Below, piece after piece: positions 1-11,654 of a stretch of 64,000 nucleotides of DNA. The position numbers and the translations under genes are program-made. The stretch comes from Planctomyces sp. (lineage in GTDB: Bacteria > Planctomycetota > Planctomycetia > Planctomycetales > Planctomycetaceae). Where the stretch lies: positions 1,035 through 65,034 of the forward strand of contig PABD01000210.1 in the NCBI GenBank assembly GCA_002702685.1, in the 5' to 3' direction. The notes below the pieces were generated by a model. That model did not search any database. It saw nothing but the letters and a program-made list of their open reading frames with translations, and was not told the DNA's origin. The number at the start of each line of letters is the position of its first letter. The first letter of the stretch is position 1.

Positions 1-2
1 GG

Positions 3-1463
3 AGATGCTTTTTGCCGTGGGGTGAGGAAACGTCTCTTGAGGTCTTACCGCATTTGAAGTTCCTGTCCGATGTTCCGCAAGTGAAACTGAAAGGTGGCCG
101 CATCGACAAACAGGCGATGGAAGAAATGATCCAGTGCCAGGGAGTATTGGAACTCTCACTTGACCAGTGCATCATCGACGAGGATGCGGTTCCGTTCTTC
201 CGCCACTTGGACACCTTGACGCATATCTACCTTGAAGAGTGCGAATTCGCACCGGAAATGATGAAGGAGATTGCACAATTGCCGTTGCTGAAGAAGGTGA
301 TTTGCGACGATTGTCCGCTGGATGATACCGGGCTCGAATTCTTAAGCGCGGCGTCAGGATTGAAGTCCCTCTCTCTGACCAACACCCAGGTTACCGATGC
401 GGGACTGGTTCATCTGGGGAAGCTGGAATTCCTCGAAGAACTGATTCTGTCCGGGGGGGATTTCGATGGTTCCTGGATATTGCAGATAATTCCGCTGCAG
501 TACCTGCGGACACTTGAGATCGACAGCCCCCGGTTTCGAAATGAAGCGGTGGAACAGCTGACGCGGTTTCCGGTCATGGCGCTCTCTTTGAAAGGTAATG
601 AGATGATCGCTCCCGACAGCATTGCCAATCTGGCGAATCTGGAGTTCCTCGCCGTACTGGACGTGGGAGACAATGTTCTGGATCACGCAGCATTAAGAAC
701 CCTGAAGCGGTCTTCACATCTTCGCCAATTGAATTTCCGAATCAATGACGTAACGGAAGAATTGTTAGAGGAGTTGGAGCAGGACCTCTGGAATGACGCT
801 GCTGAGGATCCGTTGTCAGGTAGCGGTCGAGCTATGGTGGAATCAGCTCGTGCCGCTGCTATGGCGAATTGGCTTGCCGGTAAGGCAGCCATGGACGGGC
901 AAAATTCGCGAAAACAGTGGCGTTGGCGCATCAATCTTTCGGAAAGTAACATCACCGACGAGGGATTAGCCCGAATTCTGCAGAACCGGACCATCACGTA
1001 TCTCGATCTCACCGACACGGCCATTTCGGATGCAGCCTTCACACAACTCGAATCCCTGGCCGGGGGAACTGGTCAATTGCCCAATGAGTTGATCCTTGCC
1101 GGAACACAGATTACCGATGCCGGACTTGCGGCACTGAGTGGCACGGATCGATCGACAAAGCTCCGCTATCTCGATCTCTCCCGTACCGCGATTACTTCCG
1201 CGGGAGTGGAATACCTCTCGCATCTGCAACAGGTCTCGAGTCTGAATCTGGCGCACACCAGTGTTGATGATTCCTGTGTGCCCGCACTAAAGAAAATGGG
1301 GACACTCAGGACGTTGAATCTGGAAGGGACGAAAATCTCTCCGGAAGGGATCGCGGAATTACAGAAAAGTCTCACACGTACGACGATCCAGGTCGAATTC
1401 GAGTCAACGGAAAACAGCTTCTACCCCGATCCATCCAACTCAGAGGGGCTGTCCCGTGATTGA
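3..1463 (+). CDS. Leucine-rich repeat protein (RI-like LRR), 5'-truncated by the window edge
   Basis: Many LxxLxLxxTxITDxGL repeats (LKSLSLTNTQVTDAGL, LRYLDLSRTAITSAGV, LRTLNLEGTKISPEGI); frame is open to the window start. Confidence 0.85.
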   Translation, partial: RCFLPWGEETSLEVLPHLKFLSDVPQVKLKGGRIDKQAMEEMIQCQGVLELSLDQCIIDEDAVPFFRHLDTLTHIYLEECEFAPEMMKEIAQLPLLKKVICDDCPLDDTGLEFLSAASGLKSLSLTNTQVTDAGLVHLGKLEFLEELILSGGDFDGSWILQIIPLQYLRTLEIDSPRFRNEAVEQLTRFPVMALSLKGNEMIAPDSIANLANLEFLAVLDVGDNVLDHAALRTLKRSSHLRQLNFRINDVTEELLEELEQDLWNDAAEDPLSGSGRAMVESARAAAMANWLAGKAAMDGQNSRKQWRWRINLSESNITDEGLARILQNRTITYLDLTDTAISDAAFTQLESLAGGTGQLPNELILAGTQITDAGLAALSGTDRSTKLRYLDLSRTAITSAGVEYLSHLQQVSSLNLAHTSVDDSCVPALKKMGTLRTLNLEGTKISPEGIAELQKSLTRTTIQVEFESTENSFYPDPSNSEGLSRD

Positions 1464-1605
1464 TTCTCTGAAAGGGCGTGTACGAAAACATAAATCTTCA
1501 CCACGCGCCGCGTCTCAATCGCAGTGCTGGCGACCGAACTCTTGCAGCGGTCTCTGATCAGCCGGTATGCGTTGGTATAAATCAAAGACACTCTGAAAAT
1601 GATGA

Positions 1606-2268
1606 CTACTCGTTGTCGTCCTCTTCGGTGATTTCCTCGTAGTCATTTTTCTGAGAATCAATCACTCTTTGACCGGAATATGCGTCGAAGTCAAACTTGT
1701 TGAGATGATTGCCCGTATTTTGGAATAGAATATCGTCCAGTGTTTGCGTCAAGAGCCAGGAATGAAACAGCGTTTTTTCATTGGCGGTAGTATCATTTAA
1801 TTGATAGCCGAGGCAGGATACGGCGATCACTGTCTGTTTTTCCTTCTCGTTCACGAGAATAAAACTGTTCGTTTCATTATCACAAAGCGGTACTCCGGGA
1901 TAGAGAGCGAAATCCGACACGCCAGGTCGCAGCATAAACGTCGGGTTCAAGCATCTGCCGATCAGTTTCAGATATTTGGGGTCGGTTATTTCGACAGAAA
2001 GCAGGTTGCCATCGTTGTAAGCTTCAAAGCCGATTAGCTCGACGGAAGTGACATCTGATTCGCGAATGTAATATCGTTCCCAGTCAGCAATTGGAAAAGC
2101 GACGACAACTTTATCGAACAGCTCCTGAGTGGGAACGAATTTGTCCACTTTCACATCGGCCCGCGTTTTCTCGTGCGCATTCAGGGGATCCCACAGACAA
2201 AAAGCGAGCACACTGACAGCGAAGAGAAACAGAACGAATTTCCAAGATCGATTAAGAATATTTTGCAT
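1606..2268 (-). CDS. Hypothetical exported protein (220 aa)
   Basis: ATG start, hydrophobic N-terminal signal/anchor (WKFVLFLFAVSVLAFCLW), acidic C-terminus; visibly AT-richer than its neighbours; no family recognised. Confidence 0.65.
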   Translation of the reverse strand: MQNILNRSWKFVLFLFAVSVLAFCLWDPLNAHEKTRADVKVDKFVPTQELFDKVVVAFPIADWERYYIRESDVTSVELIGFEAYNDGNLLSVEITDPKYLKLIGRCLNPTFMLRPGVSDFALYPGVPLCDNETNSFILVNEKEKQTVIAVSCLGYQLNDTTANEKTLFHSWLLTQTLDDILFQNTGNHLNKFDFDAYSGQRVIDSQKNDYEEITEEDDNE

Positions 2269-2643
2269 CTCAATTGCTCTCCCCTGAATCTAGGAAAACT
2301 TCTTGCCGACTGAAACGCCGCCCGCCGTGCTCAACGAATGGTTGTTTCCCGGCACTCCGCAAACAAACGATGAAATTCGCAAGTACTGCTGGCACATGAC
2401 GCTCCTCCTGTACGAGCGAGACTGGCGTGCTAAAATATAAGCGCTCTTCCTCGCGGCGGGAAGCCCGGTCTTCAGTTATTTCCCCGATGTCTCTCACCTT
2501 AGTCCCTCCCCCGCGCTCTGTTCAGTTGTCCGCTCCGAAACCGCTGGCCTATACTTCTGTGACGTCTAAAATCATTGCGTAGATTCCCCGTTTTGACGTC
2601 ACTCCCCCCACCGGTTTTCCCCTTAGGATGCTGCCGCCTCAAG

Positions 2644-5600
2644 ATGAGCCTGACCGATATCACCATTCGTGGTGCGCGCGAACATAACCTCCAGGATGTC
2701 TCTGTCACCCTCCCCCGCAACCGCCTCATCTGCATGACCGGTGTGAGCGGTTCGGGAAAGAGTTCTCTCGCATTCGATACCCTGTACGCCGAAGGGCAAC
2801 GGCGGTACATCGAATCGCTGTCGACCTACGCGCGGCAGTTCCTCGGACAGCTGCCCAAACCGGAGGTCGATGCCGTCACCGGGCTCGCCCCGTCGATCTC
2901 CATCCAGCAGAAAACGAGTGGACGGAACCCCCGCAGCACCGTCGGTACCATCACCGAAATCTACGACTACCTCCGCGTCCTCTACGCGCGCGTCGGCACG
3001 TCGTATTGCCCCAACTGCCAGGTCCCCATCTCGGCCCAGTCGAGCGAGCAGATCGTCGATCTGCTGCAGCAGGTGCCGCAGGGAACGCGCTATCAACTGC
3101 TCGCTCCGCTCGTGCAGCAGCAGAAGGGGGAGTTTCGCGACTTCTTCGAAGACCTGCTCAAGCAGGGTTTCCTCCGCGCCCGCGTCGATGGCGAGTTTGT
3201 ATCGCTGACCGACGACCTTCGTCTCGATCGCCAGATGAAACATACGATCGATGTCGTCATCGATCGACTCGCCGGCGGCAAGACAGCGCGCAATCGCATC
3301 GCGGAAGCCGTGCAGAACGGACTGCGCGTTTCCGGGGGGCAGTTGCTCTTCGTCCCGGATGGAGACAGCGAAGGCGATCTCAAAGAGCGTTTATTCAGCG
3401 CCAAGTACTCGTGCCCCAGTTGTCATACCGGTTTCGATCCCCCCAGCCCGCAGTTGTTCAGTTTCAACAGTCCACTCGGCATGTGTCCCGAATGCACCGG
3501 CCTCGGGCGGCGACACGAATTCCTCGCCGAACGGATTGTCGCGAATGAAAACAAGCCGTTGTTGAAAGGAGCCCTGCATCTGCTCGGCACCTCCAAGGCC
3601 ATCGGGCGATGGCGACGGCACCTGTATCAGGGGATTGCGGACGCGATCGAAAAAGATGTCGGCATGAAGTCCGGCAGTTTTCTCAAAACAGCCTGGGGCG
3701 AGCTGCCGTCGGAGGCCCGTAAGCTGTTTCTCTACGGTCTGGCAGATCGCCTCATCACCTTCAGCTGGCGGCACTCGGGTGGCGTCTGGAAACATGGCGA
3801 TACCTATGCCGGTTACATCGACGAACTCCTTGAGTCCTATCGTAAAACCCGCAATCCGATGCGGCGGCGGCAACTCGAAAAATACATGGAGATCGTCGAC
3901 TGCACCGCCTGCCACGGTACGCGCCTCAACCAGCAGGCCCAGAACGTCAAACTGGAAACACTCGACAAAACCTTCAAGCAGGAACACGCCGAGCGTGAAC
4001 TGTCCCTCCCGGATGTTTGCCGCCTCAGCATTCGCGAAGCGGCCGAGTTTTTCTATGAACTCAAATTGAATCCAACCGATTTTGTCATCGCGGAAGAAGC
4101 CTTGAAGGAAATCCGCGGTCGCCTCGGTTTCCTCCTTCGCTGCGGACTCGATTACCTCGCCCTCGACCGGACCGCTCCGACACTTTCCGGGGGAGAAACC
4201 CAGCGTATTCGTCTCGCCAGCCAGATCGGGAGCGGCCTCGTCGGCGTGGTGTATATTCTCGATGAACCTTCCATCGGTCTGCATCCGCGCGATAACGTCC
4301 TGCTGCTCGACAGCCTCTGCAATCTGCGCGACCAGGGGAACACGGTCGTTGTGGTGGAACATGACGAGGACACCATGCGCGCCGCCGACCACATCATCGA
4401 CTTCGGGCCCGGGCCCGGGGTACGGGGCGGCGAAGTGACGGTGGAAGGGTCGCTCACCAAGGTCAAGAAAGCGGCGAAAAGCCTCACCGGCCAGTACCTC
4501 TCGGGCAAACTCAAGATCGAAGTTCCCAAAGAGCGTCGGCCCATCAGCGAAAACCATCTGCGTATTGAAGGGGCGGGGCACAACAACCTCAAGGGAGTCG
4601 ATGTCGAGTTCCCGCTCGGGGCCTTCATCTGTATCACGGGGGTCAGCGGTTCCGGTAAAAGCTCGCTGATCAACGATATCCTCTGGCAGATTTTGAACCG
4701 GGACCTGAATAAGGGGAAAGGCGAACCGGGCAAGTTCACGTCGATCGCGGGACTCGATCTCGTCGACAAGGCGATTGACATCGACCAGTCCCCGATCGGT
4801 CGTACCCCCCGCTCCAACCCGGCCACCTATGTGAAGCTGTTCGATCAGATCCGGAACCTTTTCGCCAATCTTCCCGAGTCCCGCGCGCGGGGTTTCAAAC
4901 CGGGCCGGTTCAGCTTTAATGTCGAGGCGGGGCGTTGTTCCGCCTGTGAAGGCTACGGTGCGACGAAGCTCGAAATGGACTTTCTCGCGGATATCTGGGT
5001 CACCTGCCCGGTCTGTGAAGGGAACCGGTTCCAGCACGATACTCTCGATATCCAGTTCAAGGGCTACAACATCGCCGAGATCCTGAACATGGATGTGCAG
5101 GAAGCGCTTGAGCTGTTTGAGAACATTCCCAAAATCAAACAACAATTGCAGACCTTGCACGACGTCGGTCTCGATTACATCAAGCTCGGGCAACCCTCTC
5201 CCACGCTCTCCGGTGGTGAAGCACAGCGGGTGAAGCTCGCCAAGGAATTGAGCAAACGGTCCACGGGGAAATCGGTCTACATCCTCGACGAACCGACAAC
5301 CGGCCTGCACTTCGCCGACATCCACAAGCTGCTCGAAGTGCTGCACGGTTTTGTCGATGCGGGTAATACGGTGATCGTTGTCGAGCACAACCTCGACGTG
5401 ATCAAAACCGCCGACTGGGTGATCGATCTTGGACCCGAAGGGGGACGTGGCGGGGGAGAAATCCTGTTCGCCGGTCGCCCGGAGGAACTCGCTCAACACC
5501 CCAATTCTCATACAGGGCGCGCGCTCGCCCCTCTCCTGGGTTTGAAGGCCAAACCGGCTCCAACGACATCCCAGATTCCGCCACGGTTGATTCCGCTCGG

Positions 5601-8600
5601 CCCCGTCGCCAATGGAAGCACGAACGGCAGGTCGAAGAAGGCCAGGAAATACGAGGAAGCGAAAGAGATCAACATCCGCGGCGCGCGGCAGCACAATCTT
5701 CAGGACCTCGACCTCGTCCTGCCCCGCAACAGCATGAGCGTCTTCTGCGGTCCGAGCGGCAGCGGTAAGACCTCATTGGCGATGGACACGCTGTATGCCG
5801 AAGGCCAACGCCGGTATGTGGAATCGCTGTCTTCTTACGCGAGGCAGTTCCTTGGCCAGATGCCGAAACCCCGCGTGGAACATATCCACGGTCTCTCCCC
5901 CTCGATTGCCATCGAACAGAAAAACACCGGGCATACCCCCCGCTCTACGGTGGGAACGGTAACGGAAATCTACGATTACCTCCGAGTCCTGTTCACCCGG
6001 TTGGGAACCCGTTACTGCCCCGATTGCGAAATTCCGATCGCGACCCAGACTCACGACCAGGTCGTCGCGCAGATCATGGCGTCGGCGGACGAAGGACGCA
6101 TCCTGATCCTCGCGCCGCAGACGGTCCGTGTCGGGCAGAAATACGAAACGCTCTGGGAACGACTGAAAGCCCAGGGCTATGCGAGAGTGCGTGTCGATGG
6201 CGTGACTTATCGCCTCGATGAAGTTCCTGAAATCGACCGACGACGCCAGCATACGGTCGAGATCGTCGTCGACCGTGTCACGCTCGGTAAGCAATCACGC
6301 ACGCGCCTGGCCAGCTCCATCGAAACGGCCTTCGACCTGGGTGGCGGAGAACTGCACGTCGCGCACGTAGAGGACGACCGGGACGAAACAGAGTGGGAAG
6401 TCGATTACTACAGCCTGCACCTCGCCTGCCATGAATGTGGTCGCAGCTTTGAGGAATTGACCCCCCAGAACTTCTCCTTCAACAGTCCGCTCGGCTGGTG
6501 TGAAGGGTGCGAAGGTATCGGTACGGAGCAGGGAACGGATCTGACGTCGTTGATCGCCGATCCCAAGAAGACACTCGCGGAAGGGGCCATCGCCGCCTGG
6601 CCCGTTCCCTCGCGGAACCCGCTCTTCAATTCGTTTCTGAACGGGTTGTCAAAGTCGTACCGCATCCCGCTCGATGTCCCGTTCGAAAAACTCGGCGCGC
6701 AGCAGCAACGCGTGGTGCTCTACGGGGGCGACCGCTGGATCGAAGTCGGGACAGGCAAGAAACCGCGGCTCAAGATTCAATACAAGGGGTTGTATCCGGC
6801 TATCGAAGAAGCGGCGCGCGTTTCCTACGCCCACCGCAAAAAACTGAACGACATGATCGGCGAGGTCCCCTGCTCCTATTGCGGAGGGAGTCGTCTGCGG
6901 GATGATGCCGCGGCTGTGAGATTTGAAGAGCATACGATTCAGCAGATCTGCCAGATGTCGCTCGAAGAGTCGCTCCAGTTCCTCAGCGGGATCAAGCTCA
7001 AAGCCAACGATCGGAAGATCGCGGGCGATCTCCTCGACGAAGCCCGCAGCCGGTTGTCCTTCCTCGTCGATGTCGGCCTGAATTACCTGAATCTCGAGCG
7101 CGGCCTGCCGACGCTGTCGGGCGGGGAAGCACAGCGTATCCGGTTGGCGGGACAGATCGGACGCGCGCTGACGGGGGTCCTGTATGTGCTGGATGAACCA
7201 ACGATCGGGTTGCACCCGCGCGATAATACCCGCCTGCTCGAAGCCCTGCAGAAACTCCGCGACCTCGGGAACACGCTCATCGTCGTGGAGCACGATCGCG
7301 AAGTCATGGAAGCGGCCGATCAACTCGTCGATTTCGGTCCGGGGGCGGGCCGCAAAGGGGGGGAGATCGTTGGTCGGGGAACACTGAAACAACTGACGAA
7401 ACAGAAAACGCTGACCGGGAATTATCTCTCCGGACGCGAGGCGATTCCCATTCCCAAACAACGTCGCGTCGTCGAGGGCGAGCCCCATGAGCGGGGCTGG
7501 ATTGAACTCCTCGGGGTCCGGCACCGGAACCTGCGCGACGTGGACCTGAAGATTCCCATCGGCACCTTCACCTGCATCACCGGGGTGAGTGGTTCGGGCA
7601 AGAGTACGCTGGTCGAGGAAACTCTCTCCCGCGCTCTACAGCAGCAACTGACGGGCAATTCCGAGAACGCGGGCGCTTTTGATGAACTGTTGGGAGTCGG
7701 CGAGATCAACAAGGTGATCACCGTTGACCAGCAACCCCTCGGCAGCACGCCCGCCTCAAACCCGGCGACCTACACCGGCGTCTTTGAACACATTCGCGAA
7801 CTGTTCGCGCGGTTGCCGGATTCCCGTGTGCGCGGCTATCGGCCGGGCCGGTTCAGCTTCAACCGCGCAGGAGGACGTTGTGAAGATTGCGAAGGGAACG
7901 GCCAGAAGTGTATCGAGATGCACTTCTTGCCCGATGTCTGGGTGGAATGTGAAACGTGCCGCGGCAAACGGTACAACCAGGAAACGCTCGACGTCAAATT
8001 CAATGGATATTCCATTGCGGATGTGCTGGCGATGCCGATCGGCGACGCTTATGAACTCTTCGGGAACATACCCAAAATCCGCAGTTACCTCGGCACGCTC
8101 TGTTCCATCGGTCTCGACTACCTGACGCTCGGCCAATCGGCGCCGACGTTGTCGGGTGGAGAAGCGCAGCGCGTGAAACTGGCGTCGGAACTCGTCCGCC
8201 CGCACTCCGGAAAAACGCTTTACATCCTCGACGAACCGACGACCGGTCTGCACTTCGACGACATTGCCAAGTTGCTCAAGGTGTTGAACAGTCTCGTGGA
8301 AGCCGGCAACACCGTTGTTGTTATCGAGCACAACCTCGATGTCATCAAAATGGCCGATTGGCTCGTCGATCTGGGTCCGGAAGCGGGTGAAGCGGGTGGC
8401 CGCATCGTGATGCAGGGAACTCCGGAAGCGGTGGTGGCCTATGCCGGGAAATACAACTCGGCGGCTTCATCGAATGGCCGCGCTAAGGCGTCCACCAATG
8501 GAAAACCGAAGTCGAAAAAGTCGAAAGAACCGGAACAGTACCGTTCTTATACGGGCGAACTGCTGAAGCCCGTGCTGGCCGCGGCGCGACGGGCAGACCT

Positions 8601-9603
8601 GGAGGTCTACGACGCCAAACAGGAATCGAAGAAGCAGGCGGGCGACCTCGACCTCCGGGATATCGGCAAGGAGGAAAAGACGCCGTGGCAAACTGATGGT
8701 CGCCGCTGGCATACACAGGACCGGGTCAGCCTTGCCGGCAAATCGTGTCGCTGGGATGGCGAAGCGCTAGCGGAAGTCGTCGACTACCTCCACAAAAAAT
8801 TCGCGTTTGCGGAGCCGAACTGGAATCATCGCTCTACCGTCGAGATGAAAGCGAAGAGCAAAGAGAACAGCTGGTTCCTGCACGCCATGACGTCCGACGA
8901 ATGGTTCCTGACGCTCAAGTTCCGTGTGCCCAAGAAGACCTTCGATGTCGACCGACTCAACCGCAATCTCGATCTCAAGTCGGTGGATGATATGGATGAC
9001 ATTCCCGTCTATAACCGGGGCGAACGCGTGCGAGTCAAGAACCTCAAGGGCCCGTGGCAGGAAGTGCAGATTACGATTCTGCACAAGGACGACGTCACCA
9101 CTGATGACTTCAAGAGTTTCCTGAAAGACGCGGCGGAAGCGTTCCTCGGAAGCGTCAACGAACAGGCGAAGCTTGACCCGAACGACCTCATGCCGTGGAA
9201 ACAACTGGGACGGAAATGGCACCTGTTGCGGAAAGGATTCCCGAGTAATCGTCGCGTCAACTGGCCGGCGGAACTGATCGATGAACTCTGCAACCTGTGC
9301 GAGCAGGACGGGGATCTGGAGATGGACTACAGCCAGAAACAGGTGATCAACATCACGCACAAACCATCGAAAAAGAAAGTGGCGACGATCCATACGAAGC
9401 GTCGTCAGGGGGTCGATGTCACCCTGTTCGACAAGGCGGGCGAAATCACACTCGGACGCATTGCCGAACTCGGAGCCGATCGCGAAATCACGGAGACCAC
9501 CGCAGGTGGTCACAAAGTGAAAATCCGACTCGACGACATGACCCAGGTGCGCACACCCGATTTCCCGAAACTGCTCGAATCGTTTACGAAGTCGCTGGGG
9601 TAA
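2644..9603 (+). CDS. uvrA: Excinuclease ABC subunit A, tandem-fused double UvrA with C-terminal extension
   Basis: Two complete UvrA units (IRGAREHNL at ~2665; IRGARQHNL at ~5674), four Walker A motifs (GxSGSGKS/T), four LSGGE signatures, CxxC zinc fingers; start assigned to ATG 2644 ([10 protein letters not shown]). Confidence 0.95.
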   Translation: MSLTDITIRGAREHNLQDVSVTLPRNRLICMTGVSGSGKSSLAFDTLYAEGQRRYIESLSTYARQFLGQLPKPEVDAVTGLAPSISIQQKTSGRNPRSTVGTITEIYDYLRVLYARVGTSYCPNCQVPISAQSSEQIVDLLQQVPQGTRYQLLAPLVQQQKGEFRDFFEDLLKQGFLRARVDGEFVSLTDDLRLDRQMKHTIDVVIDRLAGGKTARNRIAEAVQNGLRVSGGQLLFVPDGDSEGDLKERLFSAKYSCPSCHTGFDPPSPQLFSFNSPLGMCPECTGLGRRHEFLAERIVANENKPLLKGALHLLGTSKAIGRWRRHLYQGIADAIEKDVGMKSGSFLKTAWGELPSEARKLFLYGLADRLITFSWRHSGGVWKHGDTYAGYIDELLESYRKTRNPMRRRQLEKYMEIVDCTACHGTRLNQQAQNVKLETLDKTFKQEHAERELSLPDVCRLSIREAAEFFYELKLNPTDFVIAEEALKEIRGRLGFLLRCGLDYLALDRTAPTLSGGETQRIRLASQIGSGLVGVVYILDEPSIGLHPRDNVLLLDSLCNLRDQGNTVVVVEHDEDTMRAADHIIDFGPGPGVRGGEVTVEGSLTKVKKAAKSLTGQYLSGKLKIEVPKERRPISENHLRIEGAGHNNLKGVDVEFPLGAFICITGVSGSGKSSLINDILWQILNRDLNKGKGEPGKFTSIAGLDLVDKAIDIDQSPIGRTPRSNPATYVKLFDQIRNLFANLPESRARGFKPGRFSFNVEAGRCSACEGYGATKLEMDFLADIWVTCPVCEGNRFQHDTLDIQFKGYNIAEILNMDVQEALELFENIPKIKQQLQTLHDVGLDYIKLGQPSPTLSGGEAQRVKLAKELSKRSTGKSVYILDEPTTGLHFADIHKLLEVLHGFVDAGNTVIVVEHNLDVIKTADWVIDLGPEGGRGGGEILFAGRPEELAQHPNSHTGRALAPLLGLKAKPAPTTSQIPPRLIPLGPVANGSTNGRSKKARKYEEAKEINIRGARQHNLQDLDLVLPRNSMSVFCGPSGSGKTSLAMDTLYAEGQRRYVESLSSYARQFLGQMPKPRVEHIHGLSPSIAIEQKNTGHTPRSTVGTVTEIYDYLRVLFTRLGTRYCPDCEIPIATQTHDQVVAQIMASADEGRILILAPQTVRVGQKYETLWERLKAQGYARVRVDGVTYRLDEVPEIDRRRQHTVEIVVDRVTLGKQSRTRLASSIETAFDLGGGELHVAHVEDDRDETEWEVDYYSLHLACHECGRSFEELTPQNFSFNSPLGWCEGCEGIGTEQGTDLTSLIADPKKTLAEGAIAAWPVPSRNPLFNSFLNGLSKSYRIPLDVPFEKLGAQQQRVVLYGGDRWIEVGTGKKPRLKIQYKGLYPAIEEAARVSYAHRKKLNDMIGEVPCSYCGGSRLRDDAAAVRFEEHTIQQICQMSLEESLQFLSGIKLKANDRKIAGDLLDEARSRLSFLVDVGLNYLNLERGLPTLSGGEAQRIRLAGQIGRALTGVLYVLDEPTIGLHPRDNTRLLEALQKLRDLGNTLIVVEHDREVMEAADQLVDFGPGAGRKGGEIVGRGTLKQLTKQKTLTGNYLSGREAIPIPKQRRVVEGEPHERGWIELLGVRHRNLRDVDLKIPIGTFTCITGVSGSGKSTLVEETLSRALQQQLTGNSENAGAFDELLGVGEINKVITVDQQPLGSTPASNPATYTGVFEHIRELFARLPDSRVRGYRPGRFSFNRAGGRCEDCEGNGQKCIEMHFLPDVWVECETCRGKRYNQETLDVKFNGYSIADVLAMPIGDAYELFGNIPKIRSYLGTLCSIGLDYLTLGQSAPTLSGGEAQRVKLASELVRPHSGKTLYILDEPTTGLHFDDIAKLLKVLNSLVEAGNTVVVIEHNLDVIKMADWLVDLGPEAGEAGGRIVMQGTPEAVVAYAGKYNSAASSNGRAKASTNGKPKSKKSKEPEQYRSYTGELLKPVLAAARRADLEVYDAKQESKKQAGDLDLRDIGKEEKTPWQTDGRRWHTQDRVSLAGKSCRWDGEALAEVVDYLHKKFAFAEPNWNHRSTVEMKAKSKENSWFLHAMTSDEWFLTLKFRVPKKTFDVDRLNRNLDLKSVDDMDDIPVYNRGERVRVKNLKGPWQEVQITILHKDDVTTDDFKSFLKDAAEAFLGSVNEQAKLDPNDLMPWKQLGRKWHLLRKGFPSNRRVNWPAELIDELCNLCEQDGDLEMDYSQKQVINITHKPSKKKVATIHTKRRQGVDVTLFDKAGEITLGRIAELGADREITETTAGGHKVKIRLDDMTQVRTPDFPKLLESFTKSLG

Positions 9604-9609
9604 CCGTTG

Positions 9610-11208
9610 CTACTGCCGCGGTCCCGGCGTCGGGCTGTTCCGGCTGCTTTTCATCGGATCGTTGGCGACAGATTCCCCCGCCGGGGGGCGTTCAGCAGAT
9701 TCCGACGTCTGTAACTGTCGTGCGGCGCGCACACGTTGGGAGTCGATTTCCTCGGTCAGATCACGACGGGTGAAGATCTCGATCTTCGCCCCGTTATGGA
9801 TGACGTCGAGGTTCGACATGATCACCGCTTCGCCAGGATTGATGCCGGAAGAAACTACCGCCAGCGACTGCAGCGTCTGCTCGACCTTCACCGACCGCGC
9901 CTCGACCGCGTAGACAGGGGGCAGCTCGGCGGCGGGTTCGGCTGGCTGCTTTTCGGCAACCGCATTATCCGCGTTCGCCGTAGTTGGATTTTCAGTTTCA
10001 TTTTTATCGTCCCGATCGGCGGGAGATTTGGGACGGGCGACCGGTTCGCGGGACGCCACGAAGACTTGACCATTCTGGATCGCGTCGCGCGGCACGATCA
10101 ACACATTATCGAGCACTTCTCCGTCGATACGGGCATGCACGAAGGTGCCCGGTAACAGCGGTGATTTCTGATCGCGGTTATTCACCTGCACATAGGCTTT
10201 TACCGTGCGGGTCTGCTCATTCATCACCGGCGAGAGGCGTACCACGACTCCCGTCCACCGTGCTTCAGCGGTTTCGTTCGGCGCGAGTTTCACCTGCGGA
10301 TAAACCTTGTTGTCGAGTTGAGCCCGCAGGAAAGCGTAATCTTCGGTGGTGACGGAGACAGGGACTTCCACGACATTCACGTCGACCATCTTGAGCAGTT
10401 CCCGGCCGACATTCACGTACTCGCCGAGTTCCACGGTGACTTCACTAATCACCGCGTTGAAGGGAGGTGTGACCGAAGTCTGCTCCAGGTTATGTTTCGC
10501 GAGTTTCAGATCCTGCTCGTGGTTGTCAATTTGCTTTTCGAGCTGTTCACGGCGGATAGGGAACAGCTTGTATTCATTCTGGGCACGCAGCAACAGCGTT
10601 TCGTAACGCTGCAGTTCGAGCTGTGCCTGTGTCAGTTCGGACTCTGCGGCCACATTCCGCTGCCGCAGACCTTTGATCCGTTCGTACTGATCCCTGTAGA
10701 CTTCAAGGTCCTGCTGGGCTTTGTCGAGGACTTCCTGCTGGTTGTTCATTTCCCGCTCCAGACGAGCGAGTTCCGCGCGATCAGAAGCGAGCAGGCTTTC
10801 CGCCTGAGCGACCTTTTGTTCGTAGGTCGTCGGATCGATTCGCAGGATGAGGTCCGATGAGACACTTTCCGAGTCGCCGTGAGCGATCATGCGTTCGCCC
10901 ACTTCCAACCGTGGATTCGTCTGAACCACTTCACCGGCCACTTGGGCGGAAACGACGACCTCACGGTCGGCTTTCGCCGTTCCAAAACCGGAGATGATCT
11001 GCTGCACGCGACTGGGATCGGCTTCGAAGACCGTCACTTTATAGACCAGTTCCCGAATCTCCCGTTCGCCGGGGGGCTTTTTCAACGACTTCAGATATTG
11101 AAAGCCGAAGAAGGTTCCCACCAGCATCAGGAGTGCGAGCAGAATGGTGAACACCACCTTCGCGGTTTTTTTAAAGTAGTTTCCGATAGTGAACTTCTCG
11201 CTGGCCAT
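9610..11208 (-). CDS. RND efflux periplasmic adaptor (membrane fusion protein, HlyD-like)
   Basis: N-terminal TM, VSAQVAGEV lipoyl half-motif, long coiled coil, TSVTPPFNAVI, TRTVKAYV, LLPGTFVHARI, VPRDAI. Confidence 0.85.
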   Translation of the reverse strand: MASEKFTIGNYFKKTAKVVFTILLALLMLVGTFFGFQYLKSLKKPPGEREIRELVYKVTVFEADPSRVQQIISGFGTAKADREVVVSAQVAGEVVQTNPRLEVGERMIAHGDSESVSSDLILRIDPTTYEQKVAQAESLLASDRAELARLEREMNNQQEVLDKAQQDLEVYRDQYERIKGLRQRNVAAESELTQAQLELQRYETLLLRAQNEYKLFPIRREQLEKQIDNHEQDLKLAKHNLEQTSVTPPFNAVISEVTVELGEYVNVGRELLKMVDVNVVEVPVSVTTEDYAFLRAQLDNKVYPQVKLAPNETAEARWTGVVVRLSPVMNEQTRTVKAYVQVNNRDQKSPLLPGTFVHARIDGEVLDNVLIVPRDAIQNGQVFVASREPVARPKSPADRDDKNETENPTTANADNAVAEKQPAEPAAELPPVYAVEARSVKVEQTLQSLAVVSSGINPGEAVIMSNLDVIHNGAKIEIFTRRDLTEEIDSQRVRAARQLQTSESAERPPAGESVANDPMKSSRNSPTPGPRQ

Positions 11209-11654
11209 GGGTGTCTCAAGGAAAAACTTGGCGCTGACGTGGATTCAAAGAGTCTTCGCTTGTACGGAGCTGTTTGGTTTATCGAAAAATCGAGTTTTTG
11301 TTGTACATTTAGCGTGCTTACAATAATAGAGGCGACTGACGGATTGATATCAGATCCCGGTGAAAAAATGGTAAAATTTCACGGACAACCGGCGAAAACC
11401 ACTACCAGCCAAACACTTATTGCCGGCGGCCCGGTTGGGGCACACTCCCGGCATGACCTTCAGATTCTGCTTCATTGTGACGGCATTCCGCCTTCTTTGT
11501 TCGATCAAACCCGATAAAATTAGGCGAATTCCCGAGAAGTGTAGCCCCGCTCTCAAAAACAGGAACGGGCGATGCTTCCCGGCGACCGTAGTCGACAGGA
11601 TATCCGGCAGGCGGTCGGCTTCTTAACATACTTCTCCGCATGAGGTTATATTAA

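Noticed and set aside
2575-2643. ORF-track TTG start for uvrA (and upstream extensions of several other genes)
   Set aside because: Family homology begins at downstream ATG/GTG codons; starts were reassigned
3391-5694. 767-aa antisense ORF (and similar ones at 29414-30625, 45000-46073, 49637-51061, 23839-24840)
   Set aside because: Shadow ORFs opposite well-supported genes; expected from GC-rich codon bias
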